A stretch of 64,000 nt of DNA from the human T2T-CHM13v2.0 reference genome, Homo sapiens. This document shows, one piece after another, positions 27,361 to 42,926 of the stretch. Every line of letters starts with the position of its first letter. Position 1 is the first letter of the stretch. The notes below the pieces were generated by a model. That model was not told where the DNA came from, searched no databases, and was given only the letters and a program-made list of their open reading frames with translations. A program made the translations under genes and the position numbers. The stretch lies in the NCBI RefSeq assembly GCF_009914755.1, contig NC_060938.1; one strand, given 5' to 3'.

Positions 27361-29640
27361 TTATACGTAAAAAAAATTAAGAATTGTAGATGTCATGTTA
27401 AAGATTCTCCATGTATAATAGTCTGCTTTACGATATACTTGGCTCGGCTATACTTTGTAGTTATTCAAACACTAATCTAAGTGGTGTTGCAAATTTGCTG
27501 TCTAGATATTTAACCTGTCATCAGTTGACTCTAGGTTAGGTAGAGTGTCATTCATTACACAGGTGGGCCTGATTCCATCAGAGCAGAACTAAAGATGAAA
27601 TTCTATGGTGATTCAGCAGCTTCAGCTCTGAGACTTACAGCCTGCACTTATTGAGGGTCAATCTTATGGACATTGTACTTCCCCAGCCATGCCTCAAAAC
27701 TGTCATCCCCTAAGTCTTACAGAAACGTGATGTGTCCATCTGCAGCTTGTCAAATCTGAATAACAGACAAAAAGAGACTCTAAAGTAAAATGATAATTAT
27801 TTGAAGATGGACATTGCAATGGGAACATGCATGGGTTCACTCAGGCAGGTAAAGAAAGATAAAGGTTTAAAGAAAAATGAGGAGGGTTACATAAGCTGTT
27901 TTGAGACAACTTCTCCGGGATAGAAGAATCAATAACAAGGGTGGCATCAGTCCAATCTTACACAGAGAGCTGCTGGGAAGATTACTCAGAGAAGTAATTC
28001 TTTTAAGGTTGTGGGCACCTTTGTGCAAGATTGTGGTTTTAAGAGTCTATTTACGATAGTTCTTGGTATCAGGGATATGAGCATGAGAACATTCCGTCAC
28101 GGCCTTTCCCAGCTTCATTCAGCAGAGTTTTAACACAAGTGACCCAATTTTGATTCTGACAACTTTCTCAAGTTCTTTCTAACACTATTGTTTCAGAAAG
28201 TGACTCTGTGACAGTTTGTACAGCACAGGGTGAATTCCATATTTGTATCTCATTTTGACCAAACAAGCTTGTCCCCTTCAGCTCCCACTGGCCACATCTA
28301 TTCTGAGATGAGTCTCCACACAATATAGTGGAGGGCCCTGAGCAATGGGAGAGAAGAAAGTCCCATCAGCCTCCCCAGCGTGGCTGCAGGAGCCACAACC
28401 TGAGACCCACCTGAGCTCCAAGAAAAGGGCTTGAGCCCTGGAATTTAGACCACAGAGACAACATCTTTCTTTTTTCAGGGAGCAGGAAAAGCAAATGAAA
28501 AAGGGACAACTCAAGAAAGAACACAGATTGGGAGCAAAAGCAGCACCAGATCAGTATTGATGCTGATTTGCACACTTTAGTGTCAGGAGAAGGGTCAGAT
28601 GTGAAACCTGTGAGGTTCTACATGACACTGACCCTGGCTCAGTCTATTTTTTTTAAAATCCATAAAGCCTGTTCTAGTCATGGAATCTCACTGAGGTGTC
28701 TGTCCTGGGTCTGATTGGAGAAGACTCACCAGGAACGCCTGAGATTCCTCAGGACTCTGATCCTAGTGACCACAGTTGAGGACTTTTCATCTCTGTGAGT
28801 GTGAATCTGCATTTTGTGCATGTGAGAATAGTTAGTTCCTCACATTAAAATGATCTTTTTTAAATACATAGAGATGACACAGAATTCTAAACTTAGAGCG
28901 GTTCCCTGGGGAAACTGTCAGAAGAAGTTGAAGTCCCACATCCTGGAAGGAATCCAGCCCCTAATCTCCATGTGCACCTCCTTCTGGGGTTGATTCTGAT
29001 CAGTGGGTCCTGAGTGCCCCCTGCAGCTGATTTCCCCCCACCCCAGGGTTCCTGCAGGGAGGTTTCTGGCTGGGCTCATACTGATTTCCCCTCACCATGT
29101 CTCTCACACAGCCGAGTCCTCATCTCTCAGACTGTTCATTTGCAAGTACAGCATGTTCTTGCCATTGTCTCTAGAGATGGTGAATCTACCCTTCAGTGTC
29201 TGCATAGTATAGGCTACCACCACTAGCACTAATGTATGAGACCCATTCCAGCCCCTTTCTTGAAGCCCGGTGGGCCCAGTTCATGTCATTGCTTCTCAAG
29301 ATGAATCCGCAGGCTGCACATGAGAGTCTCAGGACACCCCCAACCCCACCACAGCTGTACCAAGTCTCCCCCAGACTCTACCAGCTGCACCTCATACTGC
29401 ACACCTGCAAACACAGAGACATCCTGGTCAGAAACTGCCACACATATCCACTGTTTCTCTAATATCCACTCACGAACAATATCTGTAGTTCTTCATGTAT
29501 CACCTCTTAAAATAGTAAAAAGGAAAGCCCAGCTCAGCCCAAACAACATGGTGATTCCTCTGTGTTAAGTTCTGATCACCAAGTGAAAACACTTGGGAAT
29601 CCTGGCACTTGAGCTCGTCTCCCAGAGCTGCACGGTCACG
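27127..29640. repeat. IGHV3-37 cassette, paralogous to the IGHV3-38 cassette (40315-43456)
   Basis: Colinear flanks: 27127 atgatttcctaaattt ~ 40315 atgattttctatattt. Shared LTR-like segment (~27750-28168 vs ~41388-41998) and shared VH3 3' flank. Confidence 0.8.
29100..29549 (-). pseudogene. IGHV3-37: IGHV3-subgroup pseudogene
   Basis: Leader MLFGLSWAFLFTILR. V exon has indels and the YYC codons are deleted. RSS CATGGTG-23-CCAGAAACC (29099-29061). Octamer at 29679-29686. Confidence 0.88.
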
Positions 29641-30609
29641 GCTGGGCTGGTTTTCATCATCAGCAGAGGGAGGGAACTATTTGCATATCTCCTACTATAT
29701 AAAAGTCTCTTGGGCTGGATGTCTGAGGACAGGGCAGGGCACAGAGCATATTAAGTTTTCTGGTGGGTGGTGGGGCTTGAAGACAATGATAGTATTTGGA
29801 AAAAAATGTAATTTCTTATTAAAAGATTGTGCTATAGTAAACACTTAACATACATCATCTTAACACATGAAAATACATTGTTAGAGGCAGATGCCCATTG
29901 GTCCTCCATTTACAGATGAGAATGTAAACGCAGAAGCATGAGGGAGCTATGAGATGTGTCCAGGAGCTCACATGTGACAAGAATGGGCTCCAGGATCGAG
30001 GCCTGTGCTCCTCTCCACCGGATCCCACTGCTCCCTTAACCAACTTTAGCCCAGAGTTACACACACCTGGTGTGGTTTGAAGAAACCCTTCTTGTAATAA
30101 AAACATTAAAAAAATCTGCTGCATTTTAGAATTACCAAAAAATAAAGATAGAGCTAAGGGTTATTCATTGTACATTCAGAAATATCTGACTTTTTATGTG
30201 ATTTATCCATCTCCCTTAAACCGTCCCTAAGAAATTTATACAGGTATTTATTTGTAATAGCTTGAATAATATAAAATTATAATTAACACACAAAATGTAC
30301 AATTTAGAAATTATTGATGTAACCATAACCATTATTAAGATAGAAAACAGATCAATTACCCTCAACATTTTCTCTTGTTCTCTTGCAACTCCTCCGTCCT
30401 CCCTCTTTTCGCTCACCTTTTCTCCATTCAACTCCCAACCTTCATATCACTTTAGTTTCTATTCTGTAGAATGTATAAAAGTGTCATCATACGGGATGTA
30501 GTTTTTTTTTTTTGGCTTATTTTACTTATATGTACTTGTGAATTTAGTTCGTTTATGCGTCTATCAAACGTTCATTAATTGTAATGAACAACAGTATTCC
30601 AATGATTGA

Positions 30610-30874
30610 TTTTTTTTTGTTTTTTTGAGACGAAGTCTCGCTCTGTCGCCCAGGCTGAGTGCAGTGGCGCAATCTCGGCGATTCTCCTGCCTCAGCCTCC
30701 TGAGTAGCTGGGATTACAGGCGCGCACAACCACGCCCGGCTAATTTTTGTATTTTTAGTAGAGACGGAGTTTCACTATGTTGGTCAGGCTGTTCTCAAAC
30801 TCCTGACCTCATCATCCACCCGCCTCGGCCTCTCAAAGTGCTGGGATTACAGGCGTGAGCCACCGTGCCCGGCT
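30610..30874 (-). mobile_element. Alu with an internal deletion
   Basis: Alu reverse complement with caatctcgg joined directly to cgattctcc. Confidence 0.85.
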
Positions 30875-31284
30875 GAATTTGTTAAATTCGGTGTTTAATC
30901 TGACATCCTTCTGGATTTGCTCACACTGGAACGTAAAAGAAAATAATTTCCAACACTTACGTGTAGCCAAAACAAAACCAAAAATTTCCCGTCTCTAAGC
31001 TACACCTACCACTGGATTTTTAACTGACAAAAGATGAGCCTGAGAGAAATCACAAAAGCAGCCAATTCAAGGAAAAGCCATTTATCGTTCTCAGCTGAAC
31101 TTAAGACCACAGTTACCACGAAGGCAGCTTCTCCACCTCCGGAGCTCAAGCGATCCGCCCGCCTCAGCCTCCCAAAGTGCTGGGATTCCAGGCCTGAGCC
31201 CCGCGCCAGGCCAGCGAAGGCAACGTCTAAAAAAACTTCTCACCTCCTGTCACCATTTCAGTGACAAATTCCCGAGTTTTCAGA

Positions 31285-31830
31285 GGACATGCCGAATCCA
31301 GCACAAAACACTGACTCTGAGGAGCTCCCGACGCCGCTGGCGCCTCAGCTGGCAGCAGCTGCTCCAAGTTCGAACCCCCGGGCGGTGGCGGAAGGGCCTT
31401 CCCGCGGGCGTCGGGCAGCAGCTGCAGCCCTGGGATCGGCCGCGGCGGCTCCGCGTCCTTCCCGGAGGCGCCGGCGCGAGGTCCTCACACCCAGGCGGCT
31501 CAGTGGAGGCGCAGCAGCCCAAGGAGCGCCGCCCCCAGCGCCCGCGCCCATCCTGGAGAACTGCATCTGCGCAGGCCCAGAGCGTCCTCCTGGAGCAGGC
31601 GAGCCAGGATGGCGCCTCCTCGCTCCCAGCAGGCGCCCCCACGCGGCCCGTGCGGAGCCCAGCAACCAGAGCCGCGCGAGCCTGTGGGGAGCCTGTGGGG
31701 AGCCTGTGGAGGCCTGGGCTCCACCGCCTTCCCCACAGCCAGCAGCAGCTTCTGCCGCCCGCCTTCCCCTGGCCAGGTCTTCCTGCAGCTGGCGCCGGAG
31801 GCTGCGGAGGGAGGGCCCAAGGGTTCTTTT
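31285..31830. promoter_or_regulatory. CpG island 1 of the non-Ig block
   Basis: Very GC- and CpG-rich ~550 bp, unlike the rest of the locus. Confidence 0.75.
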
Positions 31831-32378
31831 CAGAAGACTGGCTTTTTATGAATTTTAACACAATATGTACAAGCTGCATTCGTTTAATAATGCTACTTCC
31901 GTCATACGCTGGCAACTTAACACCTGAAAAGATTAGATGTTATAAATAGGACTTGTTCATCCTTTATACACAGGATATCCATAGATAAATAAAACAAACA
32001 CACAGACAGAAGAGATGATCATTAATCTCTCCTCCCGGTGCGCACAGAGGCCTGGAAGTCTGCACTTTCTCCTCCTCTCTCCTCCCCTGAACCAGAGCAC
32101 AAACGCAATGTGTGTTGATCAAGCAGGGATTTGGCCATCCTCCCCACCCCCCACCAACATCAAAATAAAATAAAACACTGCATATGAATTTTAACAAAAA
32201 GACATTTACAAAATTTATTATTTTACCACCTGTAATTTTAACATACATCAGGCACTTCAGAACATCTAGAAAGACTAGATATTTCAAAAGAATACTTAGA
32301 ATTTCCAATGATGTATACAATAGCGAGGAATAAAATGCACACAAGAAAACAATGACAACGATATGAAAATGTCTTTTA

Positions 32379-32702
32379 TTTTTCTTTTTTTTTTTTAATT
32401 ATACTTTAAGTTTTAGGGTACATGTGCACATTGTGCAGGTTAGTTACATATGTATACATGTGCCATGCTGGTGTGCTGCACCCACTAACGCATCGTCTAG
32501 CATTAGGTATATCTCCCAATGCTATCCCTCCCCCCTCCCCCCACCCCACCACAGTCCCCAGAGTGTGATATTCCCCTTCCTGTGTCCATGTCATCTCATT
32601 GTTCAATTCCCACCTATGAGTGAGAATATGCGGTGTTTGGTTTTTTGTTCTTGCGATAGTTTACTGAGAATGATGGTTTCCAATTTCATCCATGTCCCTA
32701 CA
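32379..32702 (-). mobile_element. Very young 5'-truncated L1 (L1HS/L1PA2-like) with a 16-bp TSD
   Basis: Close to the recalled L1HS 3' end. TSD atgaaaatgtctttta at 32363-32378 and 32703-32718. Confidence 0.92.
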
Positions 32703-32914
32703 ATGAAAATGTCTTTTAAATATGAGCAGCCTGGCATGGAACCCTCTTCCCTTCCTGCCCAGGTCTCCCCTCCATGTCCTCTCACCCACTGAACGAACGT
32801 GGACGTGTGGTTACTGTGTCCCTTCCAGGGGTGGTCTAGTAACTCCATTTCAAAATGTCATTTCCAGAAGACACCCCTTTGCTATGATTTGTTTAAAAAG
32901 CACACGGTAACTTA

Positions 32915-33243
<329 letters not shown>

Positions 33244-33689
33244 AAGCACATGGTAACTTACAAGACATGTAATTGTCTGACTCTGTCATACATTTGGGAA
33301 CCTCCTTACATCTAGGCGGATTAGATGCAGCAAATGTTTTCTTTTAAAAGGTCAGGGAAAGGTCGAGAGCAGCTTTTTCATGTGTTACGCACAGGCCTTC
33401 TAGAAAGGGCTGGTAAAGTGTGGTGGGCATGTCCAGTGGGACAAACTTGGAAGGTTCTTCTCTGTTTCTCCCCATCCATGTCAAGGTCTTGTAGAAGAAC
33501 GATCACCATCCGGTGGCCGCTACCCGTTCCCCACATCGTCTTCCAGGACTCTACTAACATTTCTTGCCCTAAGGCCGTTGAACCTTGCCAGGACTGGCAG
33601 GGTCCCTTCCAACATGGACAGGAGTCATCCCAGGATTCGGAGCTTCGGGGCTGCATGGCCTGAAGAGAAGGCGGATCTAAGTCCTAGAC

Positions 33690-34330
33690 CCCGCTTCCTG
33701 GCGACCCCACGCGTCCCCGGAACTCCCACGTCCCAGCTGCCCCCTCGCATCCCTGGACCTCCCACAACCCGCCAGCCCCCGCGCGTCCCGGACCACCTGC
33801 ATCTCAGCTGCCCCCGCGCCTCTCCAGACCGCCCACGTCCCAGCTGCCCCCTGGCATCTCCGGATCGCCGACGTCCCGCCATCCCCCGCGCGTCCCCGGA
33901 CCGCCCACGTCCCATCAGCCCCGCGCCTCCCGGACCGCCCACTTCCCGACAGTCCCCGCGCATCTCTGTGGCAGCTGCCCCGGTGCTTCCCGCCGCGCCG
34001 CGCCCGCCCACCCAACGGCGCTGTGTCCCGGTAGCTCAGCGCGGACTTCCTTTATGTGGTACAGGGTTGGGCCTGGAGACGCGGAGGCCGGCGAGGTCCT
34101 GGCTGGGAGAGGCCGCCGCTGCCTTCAGGTTTCCGAGGTGGGTAGAGAGGTTCCCGCTGCTTTGAGGTCAAGGCTCCTCGGTGGCGGCCACAGCAAAGGC
34201 TCCAGTGTCCGCCGCAGGGCAGAGGCCGGGCCTGTCTGGGGACCCCCGACTCATCTGAGGCTCAGGGCGGAGGGTCCAGTGAACTGACCTTGCCCCGCTT
34301 CTCACCACGCGCCCAGTGTCACTGTATTCA
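33690..34330. promoter_or_regulatory. CpG island 2, including a ~35-36 bp GC-rich tandem repeat (~33705-33985)
   Basis: About 7-8 units resembling ccccgcgcgtccccggaccgcccacgtcccagctg. Confidence 0.8.
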
Positions 34331-35654
34331 GCCACCACTGCACAAAGGCGTTACAGCTCTGTGCCCTGAGAAGCCCCTCATTCCCTCAGTGACTCCACAG
34401 GGAACACCGGGTGGGCCCCTGGATTCACAGCCCTGTAGCACGCTGCCCAAGGGGCCCCCTTGCTCTCCCACCACCCAGAACACCGAGCCCGTTGTCAAGG
34501 CTGAACCATCCGCGGGCAGCTGGGACCAGGGAACATGGTGAGGGGCTCACGGCACCTGGCGTGCAGATCCCAGTAGCTGGATGCGGTTCTGCTAATCACT
34601 AACAGGCTTGCAGGCTTCCCCAGGAATCCACCCATAAACTTCACAGAACACTGTGTCTGTGAACCACCCAGTATGTGCATTCAGTTTCTAACGTCACTCT
34701 GGTCCGGAATCTGCCACCTGCAGGATCCAATTAACAAGAGAGAGATCTGGTACAAAAATTATTGTATTAACCATAATGGTAAAGGGGAAGTGAACGCATT
34801 CCCATCCCAAGCAACCACTTCAATTTTGAAGGAAAGGCAGGGGTTTAAAAAAGGGAAAGTTGGTAAGAAAGGCATGCAAGATTTGGGCTGAGAACCAGGT
34901 CTGTGCGTCTTGTTCTGGCAGCTCTCTGGCATCCCAGTCCACCTGGATCTTGGGCTGGCATCATCTGGGCAATGCCTGGGTTGTTAACTAGCAACATTGA
35001 AGTCACCTCTGGAATTCTGCATCAGGGTCTCCCGACTTTGTCTATCTGTCTCAAATTAGCTTCCGGAACTTCCAAAAAGGCACATAGTTCGATGCAAACA
35101 TAAAGTTAGATTAATGTGAAGGGAATATTTATGGTGAAAGGGAGAATTTCAAGGCATAAGAAAATTGATTCTGCTGTTTGCCTCAAGATTGTATCTTTAC
35201 ACCCAAGAGAGACTGAAAAGTTTAACCTCTCTCTTCTGCCACCATGTATGACTGCCTTGCTTCCCCTTTTTCTTCTGCCATGATTATAAGTTTCCTGAGG
35301 CGTCCCAAGCCATGCAGAACTGTTTGGTGTGGAGATTCCTGAAGAAGGGTTTTACTTACTACTTGACAGAATTCCCGTTGGTGACGAGGAAATGTCAGAG
35401 ATCTTTAATTCATGATGATGTTGGATTATTGGCAGTTGGCTCACTAAGGATCCCATGTCCAAGAGCAGGATTCTCCTTCCAAAGTGTGTGTGTGGACTTG
35501 AGGAGCAGCCTTTGAAAGATGGGGCTCCTAGACTTTATAGAACCTCCTTTGATTCCTTGGAGGTTTGCAATCTCCAGGTTGTCCGTCATCCAGGACTTTG
35601 ACTGTTTGTGAGAAAGAGTGCTTCCTTTTGGGTGAAGAACTCTGTATGAATATC

Positions 35655-36100
35655 GTAGGGCTGCCAAAATGAAATACTACAAACTGGGTGGCTTAAAAAT
35701 GACAGGACTGTATTGTCTCACAGTTCTAGAGACTAGAAGTCCAAAATCAAGTGTGAGCTGGGCTGCACTCCCTCTGAGACTCAGGAGACTTCTTCCTTGC
35801 CCTTTCCTCACTTGTGGAGGTGACTGGTAATCCTGGACATGCATTGGTTTACTGCTGCACCACTCTGATCTTTGCCTCTGCTGTCATATGGCACACTGTA
35901 TGTCTCTGTCTCTGTGTCCAAATTTCCTTGTACTTAGAAAGACACCCATCTTCCCACATTGAGGGCCTGCCCTGCTCAAGTAAGACCTCATCTTCACTAA
36001 TAACATCTCCAGCTACCATATTTCCAAATAAGGACGTGTTCTGAAGTGCTGGTTGTCAGGACTTTGACATATCATTTGGGTACACAGTTTAATACATGAC
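35655..36100 (+). mobile_element. MLT1-type MaLR LTR
   Basis: tagggctgcc...actgggtggcttaaaa...cacagttctagagactagaagtccaaaatcaag...tttccaaataagg. Confidence 0.7.
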
Positions 36101-36879
36101 GAACCCCGTTACAGAGCTACCATGTCTAGTGTCTTACACATTTTGTTTGGAGGGGGAGGGTAAAAATAACAATGGACTCCTGTGTGTTCTCTGACGATAG
36201 CAATACGAATAGCTACCACGTAATGCCTACTAGTTGTTAGGTACTAAATATTAACTAATTTCATTCTTACAACAACCCTACTTTACATATGACAAAACTG
36301 GGGTACAGGAAGTAACTGGCCCATTGTCCTTCAGTTAGCAGTGGCAGAGACAGTATACAAAGCCAGACTTCCCAGCTCCAGAGGCCGCATACTTAATACC
36401 ACCCTGCCTTCTGGACAGTCAGGACAAGCAATTATGCCTATGGTAAACATACTGTGCTGACAAGTAAGGTTACACTTGAAATGTGGCTTACAATACAAGG
36501 TATAGAGATTACAGGCAATTCATGTGTTCTGGTTATTTGTTATTAAGTCTCAATTAGAATGTAAGTGTGAAATTTCAGGTTTCAAGGAGTATGAAAATAA
36601 TATTAAAACCTCAAAAAATAAGTTTAAAATGCATTTTGAAATTAAGCTGCCTGTATATCATTCCCCACTGTCAAATTCCATTTTGTTTCTATGGAAAACG
36701 TGTGTCATAGTCAATCTGGCTACTTCTTAGAAAGGGCATAGCTTGTATATATTGGAAGGGAATCCATTAAACTGGAGTTGGAAATATTCTGGAGTCTCCG
36801 GAATTACAGTAGGTGTTTGTTGGAGCATTATGGTGCAAGGACCTAGGAGTTTTTGAGAAGGTCAGTATTACATTCTCAC

Positions 36880-37900
36880 TTAAAGTGCAAGGTACCAATA
36901 AAATCCACAGCAACTGAAGATAGCAATGAAGAGTATACCAGCTCTACTATATATGAAAGTCTTCCATGTGTTAGGAAGTCAACTAAACCATGCTGTCGCA
37001 GGGTCCTGAGAGAGGGCATCCATCTCTAGCAGAAATATGGGTATCTAATGCTTGCATAGCTTGAGTTATATTGTGGGACTAATCTTGTATATATATGCAA
37101 CATTCAGGGTTCATTAATACACAAGTGTTACCTTTGGCTGTAGTTGCAATACCTAGGGTCATATAGCTTCATAGTGTCACTTGTCAAATCTGTGAGGTTT
37201 CTTCAGTAAGAATGATGATGGTATGGTAGGTGTTGTTAAAGGGACTGGTGGTATGCTTAGCCAGGGCCTCTACTTGCAATTCTAAATCTATGACTGCCAC
37301 CTGGGGGGAAGAGCTGGCTAGTGGGTGGAATAACTAGGATATCCGTTTATGAGAATAGTGTCTGTCTTTCACACTTTTCCAGTTGACATAAAGAGAAGGC
37401 ACTTTGGACAGTTACATCCTGGGATAGAAGTTCATATCCAGTTGCTTCGCTTCGTCCAGTTGTAAGGAAAGTAGGGTCAGCCATGAGTGCCACCGGCCTT
37501 TGGCTAATCCCAGAAGGAAGAACAGGTTCCACTCTGCAGGCTGGCATTGCTTTGTCATCCCAGCCACATATTAAGGGCTCAGTTACATTGCTGAGGAGGC
37601 AACAATTCCATATCATGAGTGACAGTGTAGAGTATGCTGTGGTGTTTCTTCACACATAGCAGTGCTTGACCAATTACTTGGATTCTCACCACTGTCAGCC
37701 ATCCTACCTCACTGGATATGACATAGCCTATTTTGGGAGTGATATTAATGAAGTGTCTTCTGTTTTTATAATAGATGGAAAAGATGGCTTCTCCCATGGA
37801 TGGAAAATCATAAGTTCTTAAGTTGGGAGCTTGTATTATGCCAGGGCAGGCCTATAGTGGAAGAAATGGGTGAACTCTTTACAGAACCAACTATGTTTTC
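36880..37900 (-). mobile_element. Endogenous retrovirus env relic (gamma-type TM subunit)
   Basis: Minus-strand translation SHKR/IS*LFHPLA...IDLELQVEALAKHTT...EETSQI*QVTL*SYMTLGIATTAKGNTCVLMNPECCIYIQD*SHNITQAMQALDT. CX6CC at 37123-37097. Downstream hydrophobic GILFIAIFSCCGFYWYLAL. The upstream (SU) boundary is approximate. Confidence 0.8.
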
Positions 37901-38003
37901 TTTTGGAGGGAAGCCACCATCTTCCACCCATTCAGCAAAAAAGATTAGTTTTAATAAGGAGAAATAATGTACTTATAACTATAGAACTCATTAAGAATTT
38001 CAT

Positions 38004-40312
<2,309 letters not shown>

Positions 40313-40680
40313 GGATGATTTTCTATATTTCAAATTAAAGTCACAGATAATAAAAGCAGAATTGAACAAGCAGAACTACATCACAACAAAAAGATGCCGC
40401 AAAGTGTGGAAAAAATTGCAACCTACAGAATGAGAGAATATAATTATAAGGTGTGCATCTGAAAAAGTGTTAATATCCAAAATATACATGCAGTTTCTAC
40501 AACTCATTAGCAAAATCATAATTGGGTGATTGTACTGTGGTCAGTTTTACACCTTAAAACATTTAAGAATATAGATCTCATGTTAAAGATTCTTTCCTCT
40601 GGGTAATGGTAAGTTTGATGGTACACTTGGTTAGGGTAGACTTTGTAGTTATTCAATCCAACATTAATATAGGTGGTGTT

Positions 40681-41100
40681 GGCCGGGCACAGTAGCTCAC
40701 ATCTTTAATCCCAGCACTTTGGGAGGCTGAGATCAGGAGTTTGAGACCAGCCTGACCAATATCGTGAAACCTGGTCTCTACTAAAAATACAAAAATTAGC
40801 TGGACTTGGTGGCCTGCCCCTGTAATCCCAGCACTTTGGGAGGCTAAGGCAGGTGGGTCACCTGAGGTCAGTAGTTTGAGACCAGCCTGACCAATGTGGT
40901 GAAACACCATCTCTACTAAAAATACAAAAATTGGCCGGACATGGTGGTGTGTGCCTGTATTCCCAGATACTGGGAGGAGGCTGAGACAGGAGAACTGCTC
41001 GAACTCCGGAGACAGAGGTTGCAGTGAGCCAAGATCACGACATTGCACTCCACCCTGGGTGACAGAGCGAGACTCCGTCTCTCTCTCTCTCCCTCTCTCA
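40681..41100 (+). mobile_element. Alu with a duplicated left monomer and a (CT)n tail
   Basis: Two ctactaaaaatacaaaaatt linkers (~40779 and ~40913). Confidence 0.8.
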
Positions 41101-41509
41101 CTATATATATAGTTATGACTTTACTTAATAGATGATATTAATACTGTCATCAGCTGACTCTAGGTTAGGTAGATTGTCATTGATAAAATGGGTGGGCCTG
41201 ATTCCATCAGAGCAGAACTGGAGAAAATGAAATTCCACGATGATTCAGCAGCTTCGCCTCTCTCTGGGACCTCCAGTCTGCACTTATTGATGGCTGATCT
41301 TATGGACATTGGATATTCCTAGACATCTCCAAAAACTGTCATCCTCTATGTCTCACAGAAAAGTGGCATGTCCGTCTGTAGCTTGTCATGTCAACCTGAA
41401 TAACAGACAGAGACTCTAAAGTATAATAATATTTTTTCTAGGATGTGCGTTTCAATTAAAATATGTATGGGTACATTCAGGTAGGAAAAGGAAGATAAAG
41501 AATTAAGGA

Positions 41510-41725
41510 GAACATGTGGACACAGGGTGGGAAACATCACACACCGGGGCCTGTAGTGGGGTTGGGGGAAGGGGGATGGACAGCATTAGGAGAAATACCT
41601 AATGTAAATGATGAGTTAATGGGGGCAGCAAACCAACATGGCACATGTATACATATGTAACAAACCTGCACTTTGTGCACATGTACCCTAGAACTTAAAG
41701 TATAATTTAAAAAATAATAAAAAAG
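41510..41725 (+). mobile_element. Short L1PA 3' end with TSD agaattaagga
   Basis: L1 3' UTR inserted into an LTR-like segment that is uninterrupted in the paralogous 3-37 cassette. Confidence 0.82.
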
Positions 41726-42889
41726 AGAATTAAGGAAAAATGAGGAGGGTGACAGCAGCTATTTTGAGATAGCGGTGTAAGGTTGAATAGGCAGTTGCGG
41801 GGCAGATTTACTTGGAGAAATAAAGCTTTTAAGGCTGTGGTGGCCTCTGTGTAAAAGGTTGTGGCTGTGCAGGGTCTATTTATGATAGTTCTTCTTATCA
41901 GGAATATGTGTGTTAGAACCCTCCTTCATGGCCTTCCCCAGCTTCATTCATTAGGGTTTTAACACAAGTGGATCCATTTTGATTCTGATAAAGTTCACAA
42001 GCTCTTTCTAACACTACTTCTGAAGAAGATGACTCTGACAGTGTGCATAGAACAGGGTTAATTCCACATCCACATCCCATTTTGATCAAATGAGTTTATC
42101 CCCTTCACTATTAACGGCCAATTGCATTCCCAGATGAGTCTACACACAACACAGAGGAGGGCCCTGAGAATATGGGGAGAGAAGGAAATCCCATCAGCCT
42201 CTCCCACGTGGGCTGGAGTAGCCAAGCCTGAGCCTTGCCTGAGTTCTAAGAAAATGCCTTGAGCCCTGGAGTGTAGAGCATAGAGACCATGTGTTTCTTT
42301 TTCAGGAAGAAAGAAAAGCAAATAAAAAAGGGAGAACAAACACTCCAAAGAAAGAACATGTATTGGGAGCAAAAGGAGCACCAGATCAGTGCTGATGCGG
42401 ATTGGCTTTAGGGTCAGGAGAAGGGTCAGATGTGAACCCTGTGAGCTTCTACAGGACACTGACCCTGGCCCAGGCTCTCTATTGGCTGTGATCAGAATCC
42501 CTGCCGTTCTAGTCCAGGAGTCTCCCTGAGGTTTCTGTCCTGGGCCTGAATGGAGGAGACTCATCAGACACCCGTGAGCTTCCTCAGGACTGCGATCCTG
42601 GTGACAATGGTTGAGAACTTTTCATCTTTGTAAGCATCAATGTGCATTTGGTACATGAGAGGTTATGTCCTCATATTAAAATGATCTTTTGAAAATATGT
42701 AGAGATGACATTAGGAACCACAGAATTCTAAAATTAGGGAGGTTCATTAGAGAAACTGTTGGAAGAAGATGAAGTCCCACATCCTGACAGGAAATCAGCC
42801 TCCATCTGCACCTGCCTCCGGGACTGACTCTGATCAGTGGCTCCTGAGCGCCCCCTGCCGCTGATTTCCCCCCAGCGTTCCTGCAGGGA

Positions 42890-42926
42890 GGTTTGTGTCT
42901 GGGCGCACAATGACTTCCCCTCTGTG
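42890..42926 (-). other. Defective RSS of IGHV3-38
   Basis: Nonamer ACACAAACC at 42898-42890. CACAGAG (42926-42920) is only 21 bp away; at 23 bp the heptamer position reads TACACAG. CTCF-like GCGCCCCCTGCCGC at 42848-42861. Confidence 0.85.

Noticed and set aside
31280-31949. Overlapping 100-210 aa ORFs in CpG island 1, one ending RVLFRRL (reminiscent of FAM90A)
   Set aside because: Long ORFs on both strands are expected in GC-rich DNA. A 7-residue match without other similarity is not evidence.
33578-34165. Pro/Arg-rich and RG-rich ORFs
   Set aside because: They arise from the GC-rich tandem repeat, shift frame between units and show no recognisable domain.
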